A program made the translations under genes and the position numbers. Shown one piece after another: positions 1-9,847 of a stretch of 62,236 nucleotides of DNA (positions are counted from its first letter, which is position 1; the number at the start of each line of letters is the position of its first letter). The DNA is from Candidatus Omnitrophota bacterium (GTDB lineage: Bacteria > Omnitrophota > Omnitrophia > Omnitrophales > Aquincolibacteriaceae). The notes beneath the pieces were generated by a model. The model was not told the DNA's origin. It saw only the letters and a program-made list of their open reading frames with translations, and made no database searches. The DNA lies in the NCBI GenBank assembly GCA_043808175.1, contig JAZDFE010000010.1, forward strand, positions 1 through 62,236, read 5' to 3'.

Positions 1-3000
1 TTATCAAAGGTCTGCGTCATCGCACCGATCGTGTCACCGCCGACTAAGCTGCCGACCGTGACGGTCGGAGTGCCGTCAGAAGTGGTGTTCCCGTCGTATT
101 CCTTAGTATCCGTTCCGGCCTTCACCGTGATGGACCGCACCGTAATATCGGCAGTCGTGATCGCGGTTGTTGAAGCCAGGGTGTATTTGTAGGCATCGAC
201 CCCCGAGATCGAAAGACCGCTTACCGTCACAGTCTTCCCATCCGTGACGTTTCTATCCGAAAACAACGCCGTCGTATAGCTGACCGTAAACACATCCCCC
301 GGAATCCTGTCATCGAATAATGTGACGGATGCTGTATCATTTCCGTCATAGACTTTATTGTCGGCAGTCACAGTGACCGTCAGAGTGATCGTGCCGCTAT
401 TCCAACCGGTATAGTCGACAACCAGAGTGGAATTGGTCCCTACTGTAATGGTATTCGGACCGGTGATATGGTTATGGGATACATTCACGTAATCCACACC
501 CGAACCGATGGAAGCCGCAATGGTCAATGTGGCAAAATTGGTACCATCGGTTGAATTAATGGTAAGGATCTTCCCGGCAGCACCCGTGATGATGAGCGTA
601 TTCGTCACGGTCGTGGTTTCGCCGGCGCCAAAACGGACCGTCTTCGCGCCGTTCGTCGTGGTATCGATCGTAAGATCATAGAAAGAGGTCGTCCCGGTGA
701 TGTCAGACTGTGAAGTGCCTCTGAAGACCACCACACTGGAACCGGCAACAAATGCCCCCGCATTCGACCAATTCCCGTAGACGTACAACGTGGGAGATCC
801 ACTCATCGTAAGAGTGCCTGCCGAGATCGTCAGGTTCCCGCCTACGGTGATGTTCCCTGCCGCTGTCTTAACACCGGCGCCGGAGAAAACCAGATTATTA
901 TAGGTACCCGGCATCACGGTCTGAGCTGTGGCAGCCGCATACTCGACAGTGCCGATACCACCCCAGGTCTTCCCGGATGCAAGCGGAGTGGCGCTTGTCG
1001 CGGTGGGGACTGAGGTTTTGATCGTACCGTTATTGATGATCGTTCCTAATGTCCCATCCAGTGTATACGCTGCGGTCATGTCCAACGTACCGCCCGCCGT
1101 CGTCGTCAAAGTGCCGTTCACTACCAAGTTCCCGCTCGCGGTATCGGTGCCACTCGTGTTGCTAAGCGTCAAGTTATTGTAAGTGCCGGCCATCACCGTC
1201 TGACCGCCGGTCGCAGCATCATAGTTGACCGTGCCCGCCCAGGTCTTGCCGGTGGTGAGCAGTGTCGCCGATACGCTTTGTGTACGGATCGTCCCGTTAT
1301 TCGTGACATTCGTGACTCCCAGATCATATATCACCATGTTGAGCGTGCCGCTTGCGGTTGTATTCAAGGTCGTCGCGGTGATCGCTTCGCTCGCCGTATC
1401 CGTGCCGCTCGTGTTGCTCAGCGTCAAAATACCGTAAGTTCCGGCCATGATTGTTTGAGCGCCGGTTGCTGCATCATAGTTGACTGTTCCACCCCAGGTC
1501 TTGCCGGTGGTGAGCGGCGTGGCTGACAAACTTTGCGTTTTGATCGTACCGCTATTCGTGACATTCGTCACAGCCAGGTCATAAGTCACCATGTCCAGAA
1601 TGTCGTTCGCTGGAACTTGTAAATCAGTAGCAGTGATAGCGCCGGAAGCTGTATCTGTTCCCGAAAGGCTGTTGCCCAGAACTAAAGAATTGTAGGTACC
1701 GGCCATGATGGTCTGGCCGCCGTTCGCAGCATTATAGTTGACTATTCCACCCCAAGTCTTGCCGGAGGTGAGCGGCGTGGCCGACAGGCTCTGGGTCAGG
1801 ATCACGCCGTTATTGGTGACGTTCGTGACACCCAGATCATAAGTCACCATATCCAGAAAGCCATCCGCGGTAGTATTGAGTGTCGTCGCCGTGATCGCGC
1901 CCGAAGCTGTATCGGTTCCCCAATTGCTGTTGCTCAGAGTGAGATTATTATACGTACCGGCCATGATCGTTTGACCGCCGAACGCAGCATCATAATTGAC
2001 CGTTCCAGCCCAGGTCTTCCCCGTTGTGAGCGGTGTGACTGACACATTCTGGGTCCGGATCGTGCCGTTATTCGTGACGTTCGTGACTCCAAGGTCATAA
2101 GTCACCATGTCCAGCGTGCCGCTGGCTGTCGTATTCAAGGTCGTCGCGGTGATTGCACCACTTGCCGTGTCCGTGCCGCTCGTGTTGCTGAGCATGAGAT
2201 TGTAATACGTACCGGTCATGATGGTCTGGCCACCTGTTGCCGCGTCGTACTCCACTGTCCCACCCCAGGTCTTCCCGATAGTGAGTGGTGTGGCCGACAG
2301 GCTCTGCGTCCGGATCGTGCCGTTATTCATGACATTCGTGACCCCCAGATCATAAGTCACCATATCCAAGGTGCCGCCTGCTGTCGTATTTAAGGTCGCG
2401 GCTGTGATCGCTCCGCTCGCGGTATCCGTGCCGCTTGTGTTGCTCAGCGTCAGAGTATTATAGGTAAGACCGGCAACAGTTTGGCCACCGGTGGTTTTCG
2501 CGTAATTCACCGTTCCAGCGCCGGCTGTAAACGTTCCGTTATTCGTCCAGTTCCCCTGAAGCGAGATCGTCCCCGATCCGGAAGTGATCGCACCGGACCC
2601 GGTAATATTCCCCGTCACGGTCATGCCGGTATTATTGGCGCTCAGAGTGGCGGTCCCGCCGCTCACGTCCCAATTCCCGCCCACCGTGATCGTTCCCGAT
2701 TCCGTGGTCTTGGCACCGGCGCCGGAGAAGGTGAGATTACCATTGTAGGTACCCTGCATCATGGTCTGAGCGGTAGCCCCTGCATACTCGACCGTGCCGG
2801 TCCCGCCCCATGTCTTTCCCGTGGGAAGTGGAGTGGCGCTTGTCGCGGTAGGAACCGAGGTCTTGATCGTGCCATTATTCGTGATTGTTCCTAATGTCCC
2901 ATCCAGTGTATACGCCGCGGTCATGTCCAACGTACCGCCCGCCGTCGTCGTCAAAGTGCTGTTCACTACCAAGTTCCCGCTCGCCGTATCCGTGCCGCTC

Positions 3001-6000
3001 GTGTTGCTCAGCGTAAGATTATTATAAGTTCCCGCCATGATCGTCTGACCGCCGGTCGCAGCGTCATAGTTGACTGTTCCGCCCCAGGTCTTCCCGGTAG
3101 TGAGTGGTGTGGCCGACAGGCTCTGCGTCCGGATCGTACCGTTATTCGTGATGGTGGCTAGCGTGCCAGTTAAAGTATATGCAGCGGTCATATCCAGTGT
3201 GCCGCCTGCCGTAGTCGTCAAGGTGCCGTTTACTACCAGATTACCACCGGCGGTATTGGTGCCGCTCGTATTATCCAACATTAAATTGTTGTAGGATGTT
3301 TGCGAAACGATCGTCTGCGCGCCGGCAAGAGCTCCGTACTCTATAGTCCCGGCCCATGCTTTTCCCCCGGGGATGGGAGTGGAGCTTGTCGCGGTAGGAA
3401 CAGATGTCTTGATGATCCCGTTATTGGTAAACGTCCCTGTGCCGGACAAGAGATATGCGGTCCCCATGTCCAATGTGCCGCCGGCGGTCGTGGTCATGGT
3501 TCCGGTATTCACCACGATGCTGCCACTTGCCGTATTGGTACCGCTGGTGTTGCTCAAGATCAGGTTATAGTAAGTAAGACCAGCAACCGTCTGACCGCCA
3601 GCGGCAGCGTTGTAGGTAACAGTACCCGTGTTCGCCGTAAACGTTCCGTTATTTGTCCAGTTACCGCCAATAGTGATGGTTCCAGAGCCGGAAGTGATAT
3701 TCCCGCTGCCGGTAATATTACCCGTTACGGTCACCGAATTATTATTTGTGCTCAATGTAGCTGCTCCACCTGTAACACTCCAGTTACCCGCAATTGAAAG
3801 CGCACCTATTGCGGGCGTTTTTGCACCCGCCCCGGAGAAGGTCAGGTTTTGATAGCTCGGTGTTATGGAGACCGCCTGTGCAACACCGCTCACGTATCCC
3901 ACCGTCGTTCCGGCAGAGATGTTGCGCGTTCCCCAGGCCGGCCAAGCAGTTCCAACAGTCGCCGAACCGAGATTGTATGTTCCATTGGTGAGATTCAACA
4001 CGCTTGGGGCAAAAGGGGTTATTACAAAGCCGCCATCATTAAAAATGCTATTTGCAGTGACATCTCCGATGGTGAGCGTCGTGATTGTCGTAGCAGCAAC
4101 CAATGTTACGCCGGCCGTGTTGTTTGACTTCAAGACATTGTAAATATACCCAGCAACCGTCTGAGCAGAAGAGCCATTGCAGTTTACAATACCGGTAGAT
4201 TTGGCAAATGTCCCACCGGCCCCAAGATTTCCTCCAAGGTTGAGGGTCCCGGCTCCGGTAAACGTCAGATAACTGTTGGTAGCTGTTGGAAACGTAATAT
4301 CACCAATGGTAGTGATCGTACCGGTGGAAACTGACACTGAACAGTACCGGGCAAGAGTCGAACCGCCGGAAATAGCAATGCTACCTGCGTTTAATGTCCC
4401 TGTGCCTACAGCAATAACGCTCATAGAATTCGTCGTTGGAGCGGTCGTGCTAATAGCGCCGGTAACGGTAAGTGTATACGCACCGCCAAAAGTTACACCA
4501 TTACCTGTGCCTCCTGTTGCTATATCAAGAGTTAAAGAAGCTATGGAAAATGTGGGGGTAACGTCAAGCGTTACAATAGCACTGGCGCTAATGGTAACGG
4601 TATCACCTATGGCATTTTGACCGGGATAATTACCTACAACTCCCCATGTGGTGTTTAGACTGCTCCAGTTCCCGGTGACACTCGCCGTAAAAGCCGCGTC
4701 CGTAAATCTGCTCATGGCCATAAGTCCGGAAGACTGTCCCGAGGCTGTTAGATTAAGCGCTACACCGCGGTGAGATTCATCCGGGGTGAAGCCTGCGTTG
4801 GAGAAATTGCCGTTCGCGTCCACAAAAGCCGTGAGCTCGATGTCGGAGAGCCCCTCTTTCGCCGGGTGCAGGATGATCGAGACCGTTTCACCAGCCTGCC
4901 AGCCGGCGCCCAGGATGGTGACCAATTGTCCAGGGTTATAGTCCAGCCGGTCGGTCGCAACGCTTGCCGCATAGCCGCTTGTACCGGCAGGATCAAGTAT
5001 GAATGTGCCGCGGGCGCCACCCGGCGCGGTCGCGTCCACGAACCCGTTAAATATCAACGTGTTCGAGCTTGAAGTCTGGACAAAGCCGCCGTTACCGCCC
5101 TCGGAGCCGCCGCGAGCGCTGATATGCCCATAGTACGAAGTCAGCCCATCGGACCAAACGATCACTTTTCCGCCGTTGCCAAAGCCGGTCGCGTCGGCAT
5201 AAATATAAGCAACCCTGTTCACGAGGGTGTTGGTGGCATTCGGCACCGTCCCCTGGCCCTGGAAATCACCGCCGATGAGTACCGTACCGCCCCCCGATAC
5301 CCCCGAAGCATCGATCCTGGTACCCCCCAAAATGACCTGCTTACCGAAGATCTCTACCGTGCCACCGATATCAGCCTCTGGGGCCGAAACATCAATCAGG
5401 CTGCTGGTGTCCAGGATGGTATCGCCGTTGGGACTATTAAGAATGACATGTCCTGAGGGGACCAAAATGGCCGCTCCGGAGCCAAGGGTGGTACCCTCCA
5501 AACCCGTCAAATGGACCCCCTCTGAAGCATTCAAAGCGCCCTTGATCTCTATATATCGGGCATAAAGGGAGTAGTCGGTTCCGGTAACACCAGCACCCAC
5601 GGCAATAGAGATATTGCCTCCCGCAGTGGCGGTCTGGCTGCCGGCTGACAGGGTACCCGTATTAAGGGTCATGTCCCCAGTCATAATGAGGTCACGGCCG
5701 AGGGCAAGAGTACCTGTATATCCATTGAGGGTAAGGGAATCCAGAGAACCTAAAAAGGCAGAGTCCACGAGGGAATCTTTATGGGGATTAAGACCCGTGG
5801 CGCCATCAAAAACAACATGAGAATAGGACCCCGGCACGACACCGGTATCCCAGTTATTCGCATCCGACCAATTACTGCTAGAACCACTTCCTGTCCAAAG
5901 AACATTGACTACCCAATTCGTCAAATTACCGGACGAATCACTGTGAAGCGCCACAGCCGGGGGCCCTCTGATATTGATACAGTCACCTAAATAGGCGAAC

Positions 6001-7589
6001 ATCACATCGATAAGTCCCATGGAATCAAGACGCCACTGTTTGGGGGGTTCTATGGACCCCAGGGTGACCAGGTTCCCATAAGCGCCCCTGACCGTCAGGA
6101 CACCCAGAATGGTCTGGGTCTCTTCGGAGTCGAATTTGACGATCTTTCCGGGAACCATAATAATAAGGTCATTGAAGGTGTTGGACCCTAGGACAAGAGC
6201 GAGCATATCCGAGACCAAGGAGACAACGGATGTTCCGGGAATGAAATTCCCAAGGTTCGTCCAGTTCTCCCCAATCTCATACTGGGTATCACCGGCATTT
6301 AGCGTAACCCCCTCATTTATCACGATGGATCCTTTTGTCACAATCGTCGAACCCGGCTGTTGAGTGAAATTCGCCGGAGCACCCCCTGGCTTGAGAACAA
6401 GATCCCCAACTGAGAGAATATTGGCTAGGGTGGTCTCCCCTGAGGACTGGATTGTAATATCGCCAAAATTGACCGTAGAGAGGGTGGTATTCTGGGCCTG
6501 GCGGAAGGAGCCCACCCCGTCCAGATTGGCGTCTGCCAGGAAGCTCAGGTCGCCGTCAAGAGTTGTTACATCGGCATATACATGGATATCCCCGTCAGCC
6601 CTGATCTTGGTATCCCCGAGGGTCCGTAGCTCCTCAGGGACCTCGACGGACTCCGAAGAGGCCACTTCGATCTTCCCGTTTTCAGCTTCCAGGTCCCCCG
6701 AGACCTTGATATTCTGGTTGGCCACGATCTTGATGACCCCGTTCTCCTCCACCATACCGGTGGCCCTGACGATCCCGGTCTGGTTCACGGCGTTTTGAAA
6801 TAGGCCCCGCGCCGCCCGCGCCTCAAGAATGACTTGCTTCCCTTCCAACGTGCCTGAGTTCTCGATCGCGGCGTCCGCGATCATTTGGTTCCCGGCATCC
6901 CCGGATCCCGTTTCCATGTTGACCGCCACGTTGATCAGACCTTTGGAATCGAAACTCACGGTGGTCTTGTCACCGCTCGCCAAATGCAAGGTCCCGACGC
7001 GCGCCAGAACCAGACCGGTGTTCTTCACGCGGCTGCCCATCAACGCAATATTATTTCCGGACATCGTTCCTTCGTTCGACACTTGTGCGTACGTCGAACC
7101 CGGACTGCGTTCAAAAATATAATTGCCGGTCAAAAAATTGTTCGTGGCGATATCTAAACTGGATGCCACAAAATTATTAACGTTGATCATCGCGGTCGGC
7201 GAAAAATTAATCCCGGCGGTGTTGGTCAGAAAAAGATTTCCGTTCGCGCTCAGACTGCCGGCGATCAAACTCGGACCGCCGCCCAAAACTCTGGCCAGAA
7301 CGGACGCGGTGCTGGAAGGCTGAAAAAAGTTAACGGCCTCCTCCAAAGCGATATTAAAACTCTGGAAATTAATAACGGTTTGATCGGCGGCGGTCACGGT
7401 GAGGGTTGTGCTGTCTGCCGAATATTCAAACGAAGCTTCGCCGGATTCAACCGTTTGTCCTTCGGGAAGCGCGAGAGCCGTCCCTTGAAAAAAGACGAGA
7501 AAAGAAAGAGGCAGGAGAGCGAACAACAGGGTCTGCGCTAACACAACGCCCTTGAACCAAGTCTGGATTTTTATGTTTTTTGTATTCAT
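1..7589 (-). CDS. TpsA-type giant secreted exoprotein (filamentous haemagglutinin family); 3' end lies beyond position 1
   Basis: Absent from the ORF track because there is no stop in the window. A minus-strand ATG (cat at 7587-7589) opens a frame that stays open to position 1. Only two short out-of-frame minus ORFs are listed across 1-7589. My translation starts MNTKNIKIQTWFKGVVLAQTLLFALLPLSFLVFFQGTALALPEG, a signal peptide. TPS/haemagglutination-activity domain motifs follow: TVINFQSFNIALEEAVNFFQP and VLARVLGGGPSLIAGSLSANGNLFLTNTAGINF. After that come G/T/N-rich beta-helix-like repeats, and VYDG/EYDG (YDG/MBG-type) modules near position 1. Confidence 0.9.
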   Translation of the reverse strand, partial: MNTKNIKIQTWFKGVVLAQTLLFALLPLSFLVFFQGTALALPEGQTVESGEASFEYSADSTTLTVTAADQTVINFQSFNIALEEAVNFFQPSSTASVLARVLGGGPSLIAGSLSANGNLFLTNTAGINFSPTAMINVNNFVASSLDIATNNFLTGNYIFERSPGSTYAQVSNEGTMSGNNIALMGSRVKNTGLVLARVGTLHLASGDKTTVSFDSKGLINVAVNMETGSGDAGNQMIADAAIENSGTLEGKQVILEARAARGLFQNAVNQTGIVRATGMVEENGVIKIVANQNIKVSGDLEAENGKIEVASSESVEVPEELRTLGDTKIRADGDIHVYADVTTLDGDLSFLADANLDGVGSFRQAQNTTLSTVNFGDITIQSSGETTLANILSVGDLVLKPGGAPANFTQQPGSTIVTKGSIVINEGVTLNAGDTQYEIGENWTNLGNFIPGTSVVSLVSDMLALVLGSNTFNDLIIMVPGKIVKFDSEETQTILGVLTVRGAYGNLVTLGSIEPPKQWRLDSMGLIDVMFAYLGDCINIRGPPAVALHSDSSGNLTNWVVNVLWTGSGSSSNWSDANNWDTGVVPGSYSHVVFDGATGLNPHKDSLVDSAFLGSLDSLTLNGYTGTLALGRDLIMTGDMTLNTGTLSAGSQTATAGGNISIAVGAGVTGTDYSLYARYIEIKGALNASEGVHLTGLEGTTLGSGAAILVPSGHVILNSPNGDTILDTSSLIDVSAPEADIGGTVEIFGKQVILGGTRIDASGVSGGGTVLIGGDFQGQGTVPNATNTLVNRVAYIYADATGFGNGGKVIVWSDGLTSYYGHISARGGSEGGNGGFVQTSSSNTLIFNGFVDATAPGGARGTFILDPAGTSGYAASVATDRLDYNPGQLVTILGAGWQAGETVSIILHPAKEGLSDIELTAFVDANGNFSNAGFTPDESHRGVALNLTASGQSSGLMAMSRFTDAAFTASVTGNWSSLNTTWGVVGNYPGQNAIGDTVTISASAIVTLDVTPTFSIASLTLDIATGGTGNGVTFGGAYTLTVTGAISTTAPTTNSMSVIAVGTGTLNAGSIAISGGSTLARYCSVSVSTGTITTIGDITFPTATNSYLTFTGAGTLNLGGNLGAGGTFAKSTGIVNCNGSSAQTVAGYIYNVLKSNNTAGVTLVAATTITTLTIGDVTANSIFNDGGFVITPFAPSVLNLTNGTYNLGSATVGTAWPAWGTRNISAGTTVGYVSGVAQAVSITPSYQNLTFSGAGAKTPAIGALSIAGNWSVTGGAATLSTNNNSVTVTGNITGSGNITSGSGTITIGGNWTNNGTFTANTGTVTYNAAAGGQTVAGLTYYNLILSNTSGTNTASGSIVVNTGTMTTTAGGTLDMGTAYLLSGTGTFTNNGIIKTSVPTATSSTPIPGGKAWAGTIEYGALAGAQTIVSQTSYNNLMLDNTSGTNTAGGNLVVNGTLTTTAGGTLDMTAAYTLTGTLATITNNGTIRTQSLSATPLTTGKTWGGTVNYDAATGGQTIMAGTYNNLTLSNTSGTDTASGNLVVNSTLTTTAGGTLDMTAAYTLDGTLGTITNNGTIKTSVPTATSATPLPTGKTWGGTGTVEYAGATAQTMMQGTYNGNLTFSGAGAKTTESGTITVGGNWDVSGGTATLSANNTGMTVTGNITGSGAITSGSGTISLQGNWTNNGTFTAGAGTVNYAKTTGGQTVAGLTYNTLTLSNTSGTDTASGAITAATLNTTAGGTLDMVTYDLGVTNVMNNGTIRTQSLSATPLTIGKTWGGTVEYDAATGGQTIMTGTYYNLMLSNTSGTDTASGAITATTLNTTASGTLDMVTYDLGVTNVTNNGTIRTQNVSVTPLTTGKTWAGTVNYDAAFGGQTIMAGTYNNLTLSNSNWGTDTASGAITATTLNTTADGFLDMVTYDLGVTNVTNNGVILTQSLSATPLTSGKTWGGIVNYNAANGGQTIMAGTYNSLVLGNSLSGTDTASGAITATDLQVPANDILDMVTYDLAVTNVTNSGTIKTQSLSATPLTTGKTWGGTVNYDAATGAQTIMAGTYGILTLSNTSGTDTASEAITATTLNTTASGTLNMVIYDLGVTNVTNNGTIRTQSVSATLLTTGKTWAGTVNYDAATGGQTVMAGTYNNLTLSNTSGTDTASGNLVVNGTLTTTAGGTLDMTAAYTLDGTLGTIINNGTIKTSVPTATSATPLASGKTWGGIGTVEYAAATAQTVMPGTYNNLVFSGAGVKTAAGNITVGGNLTISAGTLTMSGSPTLYVYGNWSNAGAFVAGSSVVVFRGTSQSDITGTTSFYDLTIDTTTNGAKTVRFGAGETTTVTNTLIITGAAGKILTINSTDGTNFATLTIAASIGSGVDYVNVSHNHITGPNTITVGTNSTLVVDYTGWNSGTITLTVTVTADNKVYDGNDTASVTLFDDRIPGDVFTVSYTTALFSDRNVTDGKTVTVSGLSISGVDAYKYTLASTTAITTADITVRSITVKAGTDTKEYDGNTTSDGTPTVTVGSLVGGDTIGAMTQTFD
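930..3620 (-). repeat. In-frame tandem 255/258-bp (85/86-aa) modules inside tpsA, interrupted by about 110-aa connector modules
   Basis: The landmark CATCATAGTTGAC and its variants recur at 1217, 1472, 1730, 1988, 2243 and about 2498 (spacing 255 or 258). They recur again around 3060, 3335 and 3607. The module reads roughly TVNYDAATGGQTIMAGTYNNLTLSNTSGTDTASGAITATTLNTTASGTLDMVTYDLGVTNVTNNGTIRTQSLSATPLTTGKTWGG. The plus-strand track ORFs with recurring VPLVLLSVKLL are the mirror image of these repeats. Confidence 0.85.
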
Positions 7590-8009
7590 ATCGTTCTGTT
7601 GACAAGTTACACGATAAATCTTATTAAGTCAATATTCTGTGCTATATATTGCTATATATTTATATACTAATATTTCCAGTTTTGTATAGAGGATTTTAAA
7701 ATATAAAGGATTATTAGGCGTTTTTTCGGATAAATGTACGAGAGCACATCTATATAAAGAGCAGGTTTTCCGCCTGTAAAACAAGACGGAATCGTTCGAC
7801 GCATTGTGGCGAAAAACCTGCACCACTGAGGGAAACAAGTCGCGAAGCATTAAAAAACTTTTTGGGTTACTTAGCAACTTGAAGAATTGAAGATTTGCAG
7901 TCCTTAAGCGCGACGGAATTAGGACTTCTTTTTTCGCAATGTTTGGGAGATTTTTGCGGATTCCGCGATCTCAGGATCCGGAAAGCATCTGCAGCTTACA
8001 GAGAATTCA

Positions 8010-9737
8010 TCATATTTCAACCTGACAGGATAGGTAAAAGGTCGACGGTCCGCCACCCCCTGCCGGTTGATCACCCAGGGCTTTGGCCCATTGGGTCCGC
8101 ACATAGAAATTTTTTTGGAAGCGGAACTGGAAGCCGCCCCCCATCCCCATGAGGAACTTATGCTCTCTTTCCCCCGGGAGGACTTTGTTAAGCATACCCA
8201 ATCCGGCATCCAGGAAAACGAATGGCTCGAGCTGACGGCGCAAGGGCATATCCGCCCCCGGAAGCTTCCAATGCTTGGGAATGAAATACATAGGAAATAT
8301 CCAGTCCGTGCTGATGCTTCCCCCGATATCGGCGAGATAATCGCCTTCCGGATAGCCCCGGACGGAGCTGATCCCGCCGAGTTGGCATTGTTCAGATGAA
8401 GGCAGGGTGTAGGGAGTGCCTTGAAAAAAAGACCGTATGGAAATATAGCTGTCCCAGAACATCTTCTGCAGGCGACGTAGATTTTGCTGGTAATTAAAAA
8501 AGAAACCACCGGTCTTATCTCGGCTGGCGCTCGGGTGATTGCGAGACGATGCCCCCAGAAAGTGCGAGGTCCCGAAAAGAAACTTCGGCAAAAAGGTGGT
8601 TTCTCCTCCCCCTCCGAAGGAATCGCTTTTGGTAAGATCGAAGCCAAAATACGGCGAACGCAATTGATCGTTCGTGGAGATCGCTCCGGCGATCTTCTTT
8701 TTAATCGTTTTGATCTCCATGCCCACGGTGGCATTCGCCTGGCAATTTTCGGTAAGGTACAATTCTTTGGAGATGTAAGGATTGTAAATCTGCGTCACGC
8801 CCGTAATATGATAAGCTCTGAGCTCTTTCCCGAGCGTCATCGTAAAGTAGGTCATATCCATGCCGATCTGGGTGCCGTAAGTATCCACCGGAAGACTATA
8901 ACCGGCCGATGCCCCCACGGTGTCCGCGCTCAGGATATTGCTGATGAAAAGAGAATCGAAATGCCCTGTCAGGTTGCTGCTACGCAAATAAAACGAAGCC
9001 CGGTATTTTCCAGTGAGACGCGTTCCCTGGTTATCCTCTCCCATTCCTACATGGTAGGGGAAACGATCCGTCGCGCGCAGGGCAATATCAGTTGTCCCCT
9101 TCGCCTCTCCGGCCTGGAGCAACGTCTTGACCTCGAGATCGGGGTTCTGGTTAAGCCGCAAGATGTCTTTTTGCAGCTTAGGAATGTTTACGGGCTGATT
9201 TTTCTTGATATGGAGAAATTTCTCGATCAGGGCGCGGGAAAACCATTTGTTCCCCTCTACCGTCACCTTCCCCAGCAGGCCTTCAACCACCCTCAGCTCC
9301 ACCTTACCCTCCTTGATATCCTGCTCGGGAATAAAAACACTGACGGTCAGATAACCTTTGAGGACGTACTGATCTTCTATCTTCTTGGTGATCTCGTCGA
9401 GATCTTGAAACGAGACTTTTTTGTCCAAATACGACTGATAGAGCGGCTGCAGATCCTCGGGCTTGAAAACCGTGCTCCCGCTGATCTTTATTTTTTTTAA
9501 AAAAAAAGAGGCCCCAGCGGGTGCCGGAGCCTCTTTTCTCTTTTCCATTTCTATTTCCGTGGCTTTAACCTTCTTTTTTTCCAGTGTCTTCTTTGTGCGC
9601 TCAAACTGCTTGTAAACACGCTCTCCTTGAGCCCCCGGTTCCTGTCCAGGCGGAAGATTTTCAGCAAAGCAAGGCATGACAACCAGCGTCATCACCGCAA
9701 AAAGGCAACCTATCTTTCGCACTCTTGCTAGCCGCAT
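8010..9737 (-). CDS. TpsB outer-membrane transporter (ShlB/FhaC/HecB family, POTRA plus beta-barrel)
   Basis: Track ORF is 8010-9914. I prefer the internal ATG at 9737, because MRLARVRKIGCLFAVMTLVVMPCFA is a signal peptide. A POTRA-like segment (FFLKKIKISGSTVFKPEDLQPLYQSYL, LRVVEGLLGKVTVEGNKWF) and a barrel segment (QLGGISSVRGYPEGDYLADIGG) are typical of the family. It lies directly upstream of tpsA on the same strand. Confidence 0.9.
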   Translation of the reverse strand: MRLARVRKIGCLFAVMTLVVMPCFAENLPPGQEPGAQGERVYKQFERTKKTLEKKKVKATEIEMEKRKEAPAPAGASFFLKKIKISGSTVFKPEDLQPLYQSYLDKKVSFQDLDEITKKIEDQYVLKGYLTVSVFIPEQDIKEGKVELRVVEGLLGKVTVEGNKWFSRALIEKFLHIKKNQPVNIPKLQKDILRLNQNPDLEVKTLLQAGEAKGTTDIALRATDRFPYHVGMGEDNQGTRLTGKYRASFYLRSSNLTGHFDSLFISNILSADTVGASAGYSLPVDTYGTQIGMDMTYFTMTLGKELRAYHITGVTQIYNPYISKELYLTENCQANATVGMEIKTIKKKIAGAISTNDQLRSPYFGFDLTKSDSFGGGGETTFLPKFLFGTSHFLGASSRNHPSASRDKTGGFFFNYQQNLRRLQKMFWDSYISIRSFFQGTPYTLPSSEQCQLGGISSVRGYPEGDYLADIGGSISTDWIFPMYFIPKHWKLPGADMPLRRQLEPFVFLDAGLGMLNKVLPGEREHKFLMGMGGGFQFRFQKNFYVRTQWAKALGDQPAGGGGPSTFYLSCQVEI

Positions 9738-9847
9738 GAGTTTAGCTCTTCCCCTTAGCCGCACCACCCCTGTGGAATTTACGGCCTTCGAATCCCGGTT
9801 GTCTTCTATTAACGGCTGTATATCATTAAACCTTCGGGAACACGATT

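Noticed and set aside
930-3620. Regular 255/258-bp periodicity, considered as a possible CRISPR-like or satellite array
   Set aside because: The period is a multiple of 3, the repeats lie inside one continuous reading frame, and there is no short-repeat/unique-spacer organisation. No CRISPR array or cas gene is present anywhere in the window.
928-7323. Dozens of plus-strand track ORFs across the first 7.5 kb, many with recurring VPLVLLSVKLL-type sequence
   Set aside because: They are antisense shadows of the single long minus-strand tpsA frame. Their periodic similarity simply mirrors the tpsA tandem repeats, and none has independent coding evidence.
1-7589. Diversity-generating retroelement or phase-variation machinery acting on the repetitive adhesin
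   Set aside because: No reverse transcriptase, template-repeat/variable-repeat pair with adenine-specific differences, invertase, or simple-sequence tract at the 5' end was seen in the window.
7629-7877. 82-aa minus ORF in the tpsB-tpsA spacer
   Set aside because: It runs through the most AT-rich, promoter-like part of the spacer, and its composition (Y/K/I/L-rich tail) reflects AT bias. There is no signal peptide or family resemblance.
8484-9500. Long antisense ORFs opposite well-supported genes: 8484-9500, 15668-16489, 16611-17801, 20800-21714, 23619-24356, 55249-56073 and 58155-58868
   Set aside because: In each case the opposite strand encodes a protein with clear family motifs (TpsB, dxs, xseA, rpoD, GlgE and others). 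The antisense translations are low-complexity, R/P/G-rich, and match no family. This is typical stop-poor antisense sequence.
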